Shown: one piece after another, positions 55,282 through 64,000 of the stretch | Layout: every line of letters begins with the position of its first letter | How positions within the stretch are numbered: position 1 is the stretch's first letter | DNA from: an uncultured Methanomassiliicoccales archaeon | Lineage (GTDB): Archaea > Thermoplasmatota > Thermoplasmata > RBG-16-68-12 > JAJISG01 | NCBI GenBank assembly: GCA_964347325.1 | Contig: CAYFYA010000009.1 | Location: forward strand, 4,685 to 68,684 | DNA length: 64,000 nt | Reading direction: 5' to 3' | Made by a program: the position numbers and the translations under genes | The notes under the pieces: model-generated | The model's input: only the letters and a program-made list of their open reading frames with translations | What the model was told of the DNA's origin: nothing | The model's database searches: none

Positions 55282-56730
55282 GTGGATAGGGAAGCGCTGA
55301 TAGCCGAGTTGGTGAAGATTCTCGGCCGCGAGAAGGTCATCAGCGACTACGAGGAGCTTCTTGTCTACGAGTGTGACGGCCTGACCATAAACAAGTCCCT
55401 TCCAGAGGTCGTGGTCCTCCCTGAGACTACGGCTGAAGTCCAGGCTGTGGTCCGCCTGGCCAGCCGGATAGGTGTACCCTTCGTGGCGAGGGGCGCGGGA
55501 ACCGGCCTTAGCGGTGGTGCCCTGGCTCTGGAGGGAGGAATCCTAATCTCTCTCGTGCGAATGGACCGCGTCCTGGAGGTGGACCAGGCAAACATGCGGG
55601 CGGTGGTCCAAGCGGGGGTCGTGAATCAGGATCTCAACGACGAGGTCCTACCCATGGGCCTCCATTTCGCCCCAGATCCTTCCAGTCAGCAGTCGTGTAC
55701 AGTCGGAGGAAACGTTGCGGAAAACGCAGGGGGCCCTCACACCCTCAAGTACGGGGTAACCACCAACCATGTCCTGGGTCTGGAGGTGGTCCTCCCAGAC
55801 GGGAACGTGGTGAACATCGGCGGCATGGCGGAGGCGTCGCCAGGATACGACCTCGTCAGCCTAATGGTCGGCTCTGAGGGAACCCTGGGAATAGTCACGA
55901 AGATCACCGCAAGGCTCACGAAGTTGCCTGAGGCCGTGGAGACCCTTATGGCCGTTTTCGACTCCCCTGGGAACGCCAGTACCGCAGTCTCCGCAATCAT
56001 CTCCAGGGGCATCGTTCCCGCAACCGTCGAGCTGATGGATCGTGTCACCCTGGGGGCTGTGGAGGACTACATCCACGCTGGCTATCCCAAGAACGCTGAG
56101 GCGGTCCTTCTCATTGAGGTAGACGGCTTCCGCGAGGAGGTCGAGGAGGACATCAAGGCAGTCGCAAAGGTGTGCATGGAGAACGGCGCCCGCGAGGTTA
56201 GGAGGGCCCAGAACGAGGAGGAGAGGACATTGCTGTGGCAGGGACGCAAGAGGGCCTTCGGAGCCTTCGGACGCATTAGCCACAGCTACTACACCCTGGA
56301 CGGCGTCATACCCAGGAGCAAGCTCCCAGAGGTGCTTCCCAAGATCTACGAGATAGGTGCGAAACATGGAATCACGGTTGCCAACGTCTTTCACGCGGGG
56401 GATGGTAACCTGCACCCCATCATACTCTTCGACGAGCGTAGGGGAGAGGAACTCCAAAAGGCCCTAGCGATGTCGAGGGAGATTCTGGAAGTCTGCGTGG
56501 AGGCTGGTGGGACCCTCAGCGGCGAACACGGGATCGGGGTGGAGAAGCTGGATGTCATGGGTCTCGTCTGCTCGTCTTCTGACCTCGAGGTGATGCAGAA
56601 GGTGAAGGAGACCTTCGACCCTAAGGGCCTCTGCAATCCCGGAAAGCTACTCCCCCGTGGTGAGGGGGTGGAGATGCCCCTCCTCAGAATCCCAGCCAGC
56701 CTGGATGAGGTGTCGAGACGACCGGCATGA
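55282..56730 (+). CDS. glcD: glycolate oxidase/FAD-linked 2-hydroxyacid dehydrogenase subunit GlcD
   Basis: FVARGAGTGLSGGA FAD motif and GlcD C-terminal domain. GTG start. Confidence 0.85.
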   Translation: MDREALIAELVKILGREKVISDYEELLVYECDGLTINKSLPEVVVLPETTAEVQAVVRLASRIGVPFVARGAGTGLSGGALALEGGILISLVRMDRVLEVDQANMRAVVQAGVVNQDLNDEVLPMGLHFAPDPSSQQSCTVGGNVAENAGGPHTLKYGVTTNHVLGLEVVLPDGNVVNIGGMAEASPGYDLVSLMVGSEGTLGIVTKITARLTKLPEAVETLMAVFDSPGNASTAVSAIISRGIVPATVELMDRVTLGAVEDYIHAGYPKNAEAVLLIEVDGFREEVEEDIKAVAKVCMENGAREVRRAQNEEERTLLWQGRKRAFGAFGRISHSYYTLDGVIPRSKLPEVLPKIYEIGAKHGITVANVFHAGDGNLHPIILFDERRGEELQKALAMSREILEVCVEAGGTLSGEHGIGVEKLDVMGLVCSSSDLEVMQKVKETFDPKGLCNPGKLLPRGEGVEMPLLRIPASLDEVSRRPA

Positions 56731-58034
56731 AGCAAAGGCCGGACTGGGCCACCACTCTGGCTTCATCCTTGGAGAACCCCGGCATCCTGGTCGAACCGCA
56801 GGTAATGGTAGACGGAATCGAACCTGCGGCAATGGCCATTCCCGAGACCGTCGACGAGGTGTCCCTCATACTGGCTCACGCACAAGAGCATGGGCTATCC
56901 GTGGTCCCAATGGGTGGGGGAACAGCCCTTCACCTGGGCAATCGGCCCAGAGGAGTGGACCTGCTCCTATCGCTTCGAGGGCTGCGCGATGGGTTCGATC
57001 ACTCCGCATCAGACCTCGTCGCGACCCTCCCGGCTGGCATTACCGTCGGGGAGGCCAACGCCCGGCTGGAGAGCAACGGACAGTACCTGCCCCTAGATCC
57101 CCCAATGGTCGACGATGCAACTGTGGGTGGTGCTCTCGCAGCAAACTCCATAGGTCCCAGGGTCCAGTGTAATGGAATGCCCCGGGGGTGGGTCCTGGGC
57201 ATGACGGTCGTCCATTCCGATGGCTCGGTCACCAAACCAGGAGGCAAGGTCGTCAAGAATGTGACGGGCTACGATCTCGGCAGGGTATATGTCGGGTCTC
57301 TGGGAACGCTCGGGATAATCGTCGACGCAACCCTGAAGATCCAGCCCCTGCCACAAACCGTCACCACGCTCGGCTTTGCGTTGCCCAATATGGACGGGGT
57401 GATGAGAACAGCGGAGGGGATCCTGGAGGCGGGCCTGAATCCTCTTGCGATTTCGGCCCTCAACATGCAGGCTGTCGCTGGCCTCGGTCTGGAGCTCACG
57501 CCATCGTGTCTCCTTGTTGAATTTGGCGGTGGTGAGGCGGCCGTGAGCCGCAGGGTGAGTGAGGCAAGAAAGATCGCAGGGAAGAGAGGAGCTGATCGAG
57601 GGGTCTCACTGAGGGGCAAGAGGGGGAGAGACGCGTGGAGGCGAGTGGCAGATCTCCCAGGTGAGTGGGACATCGTCTTCAGGGCCTCACTGCCCCCCGC
57701 CTCGGTGGGTCCCTACGTCGACGCCCTGGCGGAGGCTCTCGCCCGCGTGGGGGTCGGCGGATCGGTACTCGCGTACGTGGGTCGAGGCATGGTCTACGCT
57801 GGTACGGAAGCTACGACGACCAGGGAGACCCTCGTGGGCTTATTCGAGGAGCTGGTTGGACTGGGCACGTCGATGGGGGGGCACACCATCCTCTGGAAGG
57901 CATTGCCAGACCTCAAGGAAGGTCTCGATGTGTGGGGCCCCAAGCCCGACTCCTTCGACATCATGAGACGACTCAAGCACGAGTTCGACAGGAGTGGGAC
58001 CCTGAATCCCGGCAGGTTTGTCGGAGGCCTGTGA
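56727..58034 (+). CDS. glcE: glycolate oxidase FAD-binding subunit GlcE
   Basis: PCMH FAD-binding domain (VVPMGGGTALHLGN). Overlaps glcD and glcF. Confidence 0.8.
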   Translation: MKQRPDWATTLASSLENPGILVEPQVMVDGIEPAAMAIPETVDEVSLILAHAQEHGLSVVPMGGGTALHLGNRPRGVDLLLSLRGLRDGFDHSASDLVATLPAGITVGEANARLESNGQYLPLDPPMVDDATVGGALAANSIGPRVQCNGMPRGWVLGMTVVHSDGSVTKPGGKVVKNVTGYDLGRVYVGSLGTLGIIVDATLKIQPLPQTVTTLGFALPNMDGVMRTAEGILEAGLNPLAISALNMQAVAGLGLELTPSCLLVEFGGGEAAVSRRVSEARKIAGKRGADRGVSLRGKRGRDAWRRVADLPGEWDIVFRASLPPASVGPYVDALAEALARVGVGGSVLAYVGRGMVYAGTEATTTRETLVGLFEELVGLGTSMGGHTILWKALPDLKEGLDVWGPKPDSFDIMRRLKHEFDRSGTLNPGRFVGGL

Positions 58035-59314
58035 TGACATCCAACTCCCCCACGACATATGAGAAGCTGATGGAGTGCACCCACTGCGGCCTCTGCCTCC
58101 CCTTCTGCCCGACCTACCGCGAGCTGAAGGTGGAGATGGACTCCCCACGGGGTCGCATATACTTGATCAGAGCCCTAGAAGACGGGAGAGTCGGTACGAC
58201 GACTACGCTGGCCAAGCACCTCGACCTCTGCGTCGGTTGTCTCGCGTGTGAGACCGCCTGCCCCTCCGATGTCGCCTTCGGCCATGTCCTTGAAAGGGGA
58301 CGGTCCGTGTTGGGGGAGGCGTCAGAATCGTCGAGCATTCTCCTGGATCTTCTGTATCGCTCCATCCTACCGAAGAAGAACCGCATCGTCGCGTTGGGTC
58401 GGCTCCTGAGGGTGTACCAGAGTTCCCGCTGGGGGTTCCAGGGGCTACCGCTTGTACGGAATAGTAGTGCCTCAAAGACCCTGGGACGCCTCCTAGAAGT
58501 CTTAGGAGCCTTCCCGTCGAAACCCAAGCCAGTCTTCGATCAGGTCTACGAATCCAGGGCATCCAACGGCAAGAGGGTAGGACTGCTAGTTTGCTGCATG
58601 ATGAGGGTTCTCCTTACTAATGTCAACGACGCCACAATCCGTGTCTTGAATCGTAGTGGCTTCGACGTTGAGGTTCCGCCGAGCCAGGAGTGCTGTGGGG
58701 CTCTTCATGCCCACGTCGGTCGCCTTGACGAAGCTCGGCGTCTGGCAAAGTTGAACATAGAGGCCTTCGGTAGATCTGGTGAGCATGCGATTCTGACGAA
58801 CTCCGCCGGGTGCGGCGCTCACATGAAGCACTACTCTCGCCTATTCGAGGGAGATCCAGAGTGGGAGGGAAGGGCAAAGCGCTTCAGCCAAAGGGTCCGG
58901 GATGTCTCCGAGTTCCTGGCCTCCGACGCCTCCCTCGAGGAACTGGGTAGCCTACCCTATCGAGTGGCCTATGATGATCCATGTCACCTGCTCCATGGAC
59001 AGCGTGTGGGGGAGCAACCTAGGAAACTTCTTCAACAGATTCCAGGCCTCGAACTCGTGGACCTTCGAGAACCGGATTGGTGCTGCGGCAGTGCAGGGAC
59101 CTATATGATCACCCAGCGGGAGATGGCCCTCAAACTTCTCGAAAGGAAGCTCGAGGACATCAGGGCCTCCGGGGCAGATGTAGTGGCTTCTGGGAATCCA
59201 GGATGCCTGCTCTGGATCGGATGGGGGCTTCAGCGCGAAAATTCACCAGTGAGGTGTCTTCACCCCGTCGAGCTGCTGGACATGGCACACGGGCCGACCG
59301 CAATGTCTCTATAG
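58034..59314 (+). CDS. glcF: glycolate oxidase iron-sulfur subunit GlcF (2x[4Fe-4S] plus two CCG domains)
   Basis: CTHCGLCLPFCP and CVGCLACETACP, followed by CCG-type cysteine clusters (CCGALHAH, CCGSAG). ATG 58034 overlaps the glcE stop; the upstream ORF-track extension was rejected. Confidence 0.85.
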   Translation: MTSNSPTTYEKLMECTHCGLCLPFCPTYRELKVEMDSPRGRIYLIRALEDGRVGTTTTLAKHLDLCVGCLACETACPSDVAFGHVLERGRSVLGEASESSSILLDLLYRSILPKKNRIVALGRLLRVYQSSRWGFQGLPLVRNSSASKTLGRLLEVLGAFPSKPKPVFDQVYESRASNGKRVGLLVCCMMRVLLTNVNDATIRVLNRSGFDVEVPPSQECCGALHAHVGRLDEARRLAKLNIEAFGRSGEHAILTNSAGCGAHMKHYSRLFEGDPEWEGRAKRFSQRVRDVSEFLASDASLEELGSLPYRVAYDDPCHLLHGQRVGEQPRKLLQQIPGLELVDLREPDWCCGSAGTYMITQREMALKLLERKLEDIRASGADVVASGNPGCLLWIGWGLQRENSPVRCLHPVELLDMAHGPTAMSL

Positions 59315-59345
59315 TAGGGGGAGTTCGGAGAATCGGAGGCCTGGA

Positions 59346-59723
59346 ATGGTACAGTTTTTCACCAAGGAGTTCTTCGACGAGTTGGCCGACAAGCTCAATG
59401 ACGACGAAGAGTGGAACAAGAAGTCCGGGAGTCTGAACACCAAGATAATCGCCACCTGCACCGACAGGGACATCTCCGTGATGCTTGACATCGAGAACGG
59501 GAAGGTCACGCCCGAGGATGCGGCTCCTGAGGACCCCAGCGACTTCAAGTTCGAGGGAGATTATGCGGCGTGGGAGAAGACTGGGAAGGGCGAGGCCGAC
59601 CTGCAGACCCTCGTGATGACGGGGAAGATGAAGTTCAAGGGATCCATGTCGAAGATTCTGTCCATGATGGGACAGCTTAATCGCATGGTGGCCGTCATCA
59701 GGGAGATGCCGAAGGAGTTCTGA
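59346..59723 (+). CDS. SCP2 sterol-carrier domain protein
   Basis: LVMTGKMKFKGSMSKILSMM SCP2 signature. Confidence 0.7.
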   Translation: MVQFFTKEFFDELADKLNDDEEWNKKSGSLNTKIIATCTDRDISVMLDIENGKVTPEDAAPEDPSDFKFEGDYAAWEKTGKGEADLQTLVMTGKMKFKGSMSKILSMMGQLNRMVAVIREMPKEF

Positions 59724-59844
59724 GCAGGCCTCAGTAATAGGATACTGCACCCGTTGGCACGCAGGCGTCATCGGTAATAGGTTTCAGCGGCTACCGAAAC
59801 CTTTTCTATACAGGCAACGTTCGTCGGGCCGCAGGAGGCCCGAC

Positions 59845-60996
59845 ATGATCGATTTTTCCCTCTCTGAAGAGCAGAAACTCATGCAGCAGACGGCTCACGA
59901 GTTCGCCGAGAAGGAGATGAGGCCCGTCTCTGAGGAGTGTGATCGTGAAGCCAGGATGCCTTGGGATGTGGTGGAAAAGGCCCATAAGATCGGACTGACC
60001 ACAGCCTTCATCCCAGAGAAGTACGGCGGGGGAGGCATGACGAGTACTCTGACCTGGTCCATGGTCATGGAGGAGCTCAACTGGGGCTGCGCGGGTATTG
60101 CAACGGGACTCATAGGAGGAGGCCTTGCGATCCTTCCGATCCTCTACATGGGCACGGAGGAGCAGAAGAAGCGGTTCCTGCCCGTCTTCACGGACACGAA
60201 GCCTCGACTGGGGGCCCTATGTCTCACGGAGCCGGAGGCCGGGTCCGATGTCAAGGCCCTGACTACGAAGGCCGAGAAGGACGGCGATGAGTGGGTGCTC
60301 AACGGGGTTAAGAGATTCATTACCAACGGTGGGATTTCCGATATCCATGTCGTCTTTGCCACGATAGACCCGTCCCTGGGCTACTTCGGCATCCGGGCCT
60401 TCGTCGTGGAGAAGGGCAACGACGGCCTCAAGCAGGGGAAGGTGGAGGACAAGATGGGCGTCCGCGCCTCTCACACCTCGGAGGTGATTCTTGAGGACTG
60501 CAGGGTACCTGAAGAGAACCAGCTGGGAGGAGAGAAAGTCTCTTGGATCGGAGCCATGAAGACGCTGGAGATGTCCAGGCCAGTCGTATCCGCAGGGGCC
60601 ATAGGAGTCGCTCGCGCTGCCTACGAGTTCGCCCTCGACTTCTCGAGAACCCGCAAGGCGTTCGGCAAGCCCATCGCCATGCACCAGGGAATCGCCTTCA
60701 TGCTGGCCGACATGAAGACATCCATCGATGCCGCAAGGCTCCTCGTGTGGAGAGCGGCTTGGGACGCCGATCACGACTTGCCGGCAAACAAGGACGCGGC
60801 CATGGCGAAGCTCTTCTCCGCAGACATGGCGATGAAGGTCACCACCGACGCCGTGCAAATCGTTGGCGGTTCGGGCTACATGAAGGACTACCCCGTGGAG
60901 AAGTACATGCGGGACGCGAAGGTGTTCCAGATATGGGAGGGCACCTCGCAGATACAGAGGCTGGTCATCTCTCGGGAGGAAGTGGGGGAACTCTGA
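59845..60996 (+). CDS. acyl-CoA dehydrogenase
   Basis: ACAD fold with its N-terminal helical, beta and C-terminal helical domains, and catalytic Glu near the C-terminus (YEGTSQIQRLVI). Confidence 0.9.
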   Translation: MIDFSLSEEQKLMQQTAHEFAEKEMRPVSEECDREARMPWDVVEKAHKIGLTTAFIPEKYGGGGMTSTLTWSMVMEELNWGCAGIATGLIGGGLAILPILYMGTEEQKKRFLPVFTDTKPRLGALCLTEPEAGSDVKALTTKAEKDGDEWVLNGVKRFITNGGISDIHVVFATIDPSLGYFGIRAFVVEKGNDGLKQGKVEDKMGVRASHTSEVILEDCRVPEENQLGGEKVSWIGAMKTLEMSRPVVSAGAIGVARAAYEFALDFSRTRKAFGKPIAMHQGIAFMLADMKTSIDAARLLVWRAAWDADHDLPANKDAAMAKLFSADMAMKVTTDAVQIVGGSGYMKDYPVEKYMRDAKVFQIWEGTSQIQRLVISREEVGEL

Positions 60997-61321
60997 CCGG
61001 CTGCCCACGGATTTCCCGGTACACCAGGATGAGGAGGATTCCCGAGATTACTCCACCGCCCGGGATGGATAGGACACCCAGCGTGAGAGACGGCCACGCG
61101 GCGCGAGAACCCAACTCGCGCCTGATCGGCGCGTACACCAGGATGAAAGTCAGGGGCGCAAGAGCAACGCTAAGCGCGTAGTAGAGGGCGATTGGAATGA
61201 GCGATGGGTTCTCTGAGGCCGGCTGGCTTATAGGTCGGAATAGTACAGTGGTCAGGAATAACGCGTAGACTATCTGGACGCCGAGAGCTATCTTCGTTCT
61301 CTCCAGCACTCGTTGGTCCAA
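60965..61321 (-). CDS. small hydrophobic membrane protein (uncertain)
   Basis: Three predicted TM helices. Convergently overlaps the ACAD 3' end by about 30 nt, which lowers confidence. Confidence 0.4.
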   Translation of the reverse strand: MDQRVLERTKIALGVQIVYALFLTTVLFRPISQPASENPSLIPIALYYALSVALAPLTFILVYAPIRRELGSRAAWPSLTLGVLSIPGGGVISGILLILVYREIRGQPVRVPPLPPER

Positions 61322-61346
61322 TCCTCTTCCCCTGGACGGGTGGATT

Positions 61347-62498
61347 CTAGGCTGCGACCTCCCTCTCCACTATCGTGGCAATTCCCTGACCGAAGCCTAT
61401 GCAGAGGGTTGCCAGGCCCCACCTCACATCCCGCCTCTCCATCTCGTACAGCAGAGTGGTTAGGATGCGAGCCCCACTTGCACCGAGGGGATGGCCTAAG
61501 GCGATGGCACCGCCGTTAGGGTTCATCTTCTCGTGGTCAATCTCCAGGTCCCTGGAGCAAGCAACAGCAACGGATGCAAAGGCCTCGTTGAGTTCCACCA
61601 GGTCGATGTCGTCCATGGTCAGGCCGGCCTTCTTCAGTGCCTTCCGGCTGGCGGGAATCGGGCCTGTCAGCATGATAACTGGATCCACTCCCGCAACGGC
61701 CATGGTCCTGACCGTTGCGATGGGCTCGAGGTTCAGTTCCCGGGCCTTCTCCTTCGTGGTAAGCATGACGGCGGCGGCGCCGTCGTTGATACCCGACGAG
61801 TTGCCGGCGGTGACCACTCCTTCAGGCTTAAAGGCGGGAGGCAGGCTGGCCAGCTTCTCCAACGAGGTGTTGCGCCTCGGATGCTCGTCCACCTCGAACA
61901 GCGTCTCTTTGCCATCGTCGTCCTTTACAGGCACAGGGACGATCTCATCCTTGAAGCGGCCTGCGTCGATGGCGGCGACGGCCCTCCGGTGACTCATCAG
62001 TGAGTACTCATCGAGCTCTTCACGGCTGAGACCCCACTTTTCGGCAATGAGTTCGGCAGAGATCCCCTGGGGGACTAGATCGTACCTTGCCAGGAGCCTT
62101 TCATTGAAGACGCCGGCGTCGGAGCCCATAGGGACCCTTGTCATACTCTCCACGCCGCCCCCAATCACGATGTCAGATTGCCCAGTGGCCACGGCCATGG
62201 CAGCGATGTTACACGCCTGGAGTGATGAGCCGCATTGACGGTTGACGGACGTTCCAGCAACGGTGTCGGGCAGGCCGGCCGTCAGGACCGCAATGCGGGC
62301 GACGTTCAGGCCCTGTTCCTCGATCTGTGTGTTGCATCCGAACACCACATCCTCTACCGCCCCAGGCTCGACGCCGGTTCGGTCCACTACCTCATTGATG
62401 ACCTGAGCTGCGAGGTATTCCGCTCGCACGTCCTTCAGGGAGCCGTTCTTCCTGCCAACTGGGGTCCGCACAGCTCCGACGATCACACTTTCCAGCAT
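61347..62498 (-). CDS. acetyl-CoA C-acetyltransferase (thiolase)
   Basis: Thiolase N-terminal VGAVRTPVG and active-site Cys regions, 383 aa. Confidence 0.9.
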   Translation of the reverse strand: MLESVIVGAVRTPVGRKNGSLKDVRAEYLAAQVINEVVDRTGVEPGAVEDVVFGCNTQIEEQGLNVARIAVLTAGLPDTVAGTSVNRQCGSSLQACNIAAMAVATGQSDIVIGGGVESMTRVPMGSDAGVFNERLLARYDLVPQGISAELIAEKWGLSREELDEYSLMSHRRAVAAIDAGRFKDEIVPVPVKDDDGKETLFEVDEHPRRNTSLEKLASLPPAFKPEGVVTAGNSSGINDGAAAVMLTTKEKARELNLEPIATVRTMAVAGVDPVIMLTGPIPASRKALKKAGLTMDDIDLVELNEAFASVAVACSRDLEIDHEKMNPNGGAIALGHPLGASGARILTTLLYEMERRDVRWGLATLCIGFGQGIATIVEREVAA

Positions 62499-62606
62499 GT
62501 TCAGCTACCCCTTCTCGTATTGAGCCCTCGTCTTATTAACCCTTTTAGAGTCGCCGAAGAGGTCACTGAGGACGACCCAGACGTTTGTCGACAGCTGTGC
62601 GTCAGG

Positions 62607-64000
62607 CTACTTGCCCTTGAACTCTGGTTCCTTCTTGCTGAGGAAGGCCCCGAGCCCCTCGAAGATGTCCTCTGTGGATGTCACGACGCTGAACGCCAGG
62701 GCCTCCATGTCGAGACCAGCCTCCCCCAGCCCCTGGGCGCTGTAATTGAGGAGCCTCTTAGCGAGTCGGTAGGCGATGGGCGGGCCCTTTGCGAGCTTCA
62801 TGGAGAGCTCATCTACTGCCTCACGGAACTCATCATCCTCCACGGCACGGTTCACCAGCCCGATGGCCTCCGCCTCGGTACCGTCTAGCCGTTTCGCCAG
62901 GAAGACCAGTTCCTTCGCCCTCCCCAGGCCGACGAGCTTAGCAAGCCTCTGGGTCCCCCCTGCCCCTGGCATGAGGCCCAGGGAGGTTTCGGTAGCTCCG
63001 AGGCGAGAGCCGACCGTGGCTATCCTGAAGTCACAGGCGATAGCCATCTCGAGCCCCCCGCCGAAGGTGTACCCCCGAATGGCGGCCACAGTGGGCTTAG
63101 GGAAGTCCTCCAACTGCTTGAACACATCGTTGGTCCTCTTTGTGAAGCCCCACGCCTTGTGAGCCTTGTCGACGCCCGTAAACGCCGTGACGTCCGCGCC
63201 AGAACAGAAGGCCTTCTCGCCGGCTCCCTGGAGGACGAGACAGCGGACCTCAGAGTCTTCCTCAAGGCTCCTGAGAGTGGAGGATATCTCCTCCACCATG
63301 TCCGGCGTGATGGCGTTGTGAACCTCTGGCCTATTGAGGGTCAGGGTGGCCCTCATCGACTCCGGATCCTTCTCCACGATGATGGTCTTGAACTCCGCCA
63401 CCTCCTTTGCTTCATGGCGGTAGAATCCTTGTTTGGCTTTCTCACCCAGCTTTCCCTCCTCAACCATCCTCAGGAGTATGCCTGCAGGCTCATGCCTCTT
63501 GGAGGCTGTGAGTTCGGTCACCACCTTGTCGATGCCGATGGAGTCCGCCAGGGCGAGGGGGCCCTTGGGGAAGGCCGTCCCTAGACGCATGGCAAGGTCG
63601 ATCTCCTCCGGCGGGGCGATCTCCATTTCCACCAGCGAGGCGGCCTCATTCATGATAGGCGCGAGAATCCGGATGGGTTCGAACTCCTCGCCCTGCTCTG
63701 GCTTGATGACAGGTTTCGCGTCGCCCCTGTAGTCGTAGAATCCCTCTCCACTCTTCTTCCCCATCTTACCCGCTTCCACCCTTTCCTTGAAAGGGGGTGG
63801 GACGGGGATCTTCTGCTTCTCCTGGGCGAAGACGAGCAGGTCTATCCCGACCTGATCCGCCAGCTCAAAGGGCCCCATGGGAAAACCTATCTTGAATTTC
63901 ATGGCGGAGTCGATGGCCTCCTTGGCAACCTTCTCCTCGTGGTGGATCCAAGCTGCCTCGTTCATGTAGTGGAAGATAATCCGCGTCGTGATGAATCCTG
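62607..64000 (-). CDS. fused 3-hydroxyacyl-CoA dehydrogenase / enoyl-CoA hydratase; N-terminus lies beyond the window
   Basis: The 3-hydroxyacyl-CoA dehydrogenase C-terminal dimerisation domain is followed by a crotonase fold (CSGADV, FGGGLEMAIACD). The reading frame stays open upstream of M63965 to the window edge. Confidence 0.85.
   Translation of the reverse strand, partial: GFITTRIIFHYMNEAAWIHHEEKVAKEAIDSAMKFKIGFPMGPFELADQVGIDLLVFAQEKQKIPVPPPFKERVEAGKMGKKSGEGFYDYRGDAKPVIKPEQGEEFEPIRILAPIMNEAASLVEMEIAPPEEIDLAMRLGTAFPKGPLALADSIGIDKVVTELTASKRHEPAGILLRMVEEGKLGEKAKQGFYRHEAKEVAEFKTIIVEKDPESMRATLTLNRPEVHNAITPDMVEEISSTLRSLEEDSEVRCLVLQGAGEKAFCSGADVTAFTGVDKAHKAWGFTKRTNDVFKQLEDFPKPTVAAIRGYTFGGGLEMAIACDFRIATVGSRLGATETSLGLMPGAGGTQRLAKLVGLGRAKELVFLAKRLDGTEAEAIGLVNRAVEDDEFREAVDELSMKLAKGPPIAYRLAKRLLNYSAQGLGEAGLDMEALAFSVVTSTEDIFEGLGAFLSKKEPEFKGK

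Noticed and set aside
57665-58033. Upstream 123-codon extension of the glcF ORF
   Set aside because: Lies inside the glcE coding region in another frame. The glcF homology begins at the ATG at 58034, which overlaps the glcE stop (ATGA coupling).
1-64000. CRISPR arrays, rRNA genes, IS elements or integrases
   Set aside because: No spaced direct-repeat arrays were seen. There are no transposase or integrase-like ORFs and no rRNA-like conserved stretches. The region looks like core chromosome.
1-64000. Haloarchaeal origin, suggested by the high GC and the halocyanin-like protein
   Set aside because: Proteins are not acid-enriched (normal Lys/Arg content and pI). The nuo operon has separate nuoC and nuoD, not the haloarchaeal nuoCD fusion.

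Overview
High-GC (~60%) archaeal chromosomal segment, densely coding on both strands. The archaeal call rests on a complete A1AO ATP synthase operon in the order atpH-I-K-E-C-F-A-B-D, an intron-containing tRNA, and TTTCTATA/TTTATAA-type TATA boxes 20-30 nt ahead of start codons. The proteins are not acidic, so it is not a haloarchaeon; the lineage is otherwise undetermined. Core content: three paralogous Ras/Rab-like small GTPases; an A-type ATP synthase operon; an 11-gene Complex I (nuo) operon with no nuoB or nuoI, a split nuoJ and tandem nuoM; a respiratory operon encoding two blue-copper proteins, a Rieske protein, a split cytochrome b whose subunit-IV-like half is fused to a di-cluster ferredoxin domain, an HdrB/GlpC-like CCG protein and a NuoI-like ferredoxin; TatA plus a TatC with a long C-terminal extension; a ZnuABC/TroA-type metal importer followed by a NikR-like regulator; two sets of GlcD/GlcE-type FAD oxidases (one a glcDEF operon); a beta-oxidation block (SCP2, acyl-CoA dehydrogenase, thiolase, fused hydroxyacyl-CoA dehydrogenase/enoyl-CoA hydratase running off the window end); and pyrF, TrpB2, ALDH/ADH and GNAT housekeeping genes. 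The most unusual element is a large glycosylated single-pass surface receptor whose cytoplasmic tail is a Roadblock/LC7 (MglB-like) domain. It is divergently adjacent to one of the Ras/Rab-like GTPases and followed by two tandem paralogous 6-TM proteins. This looks like an undescribed transmembrane receptor-Roadblock-small-GTPase signalling module. No CRISPR array, rRNA or obvious mobile element was seen.
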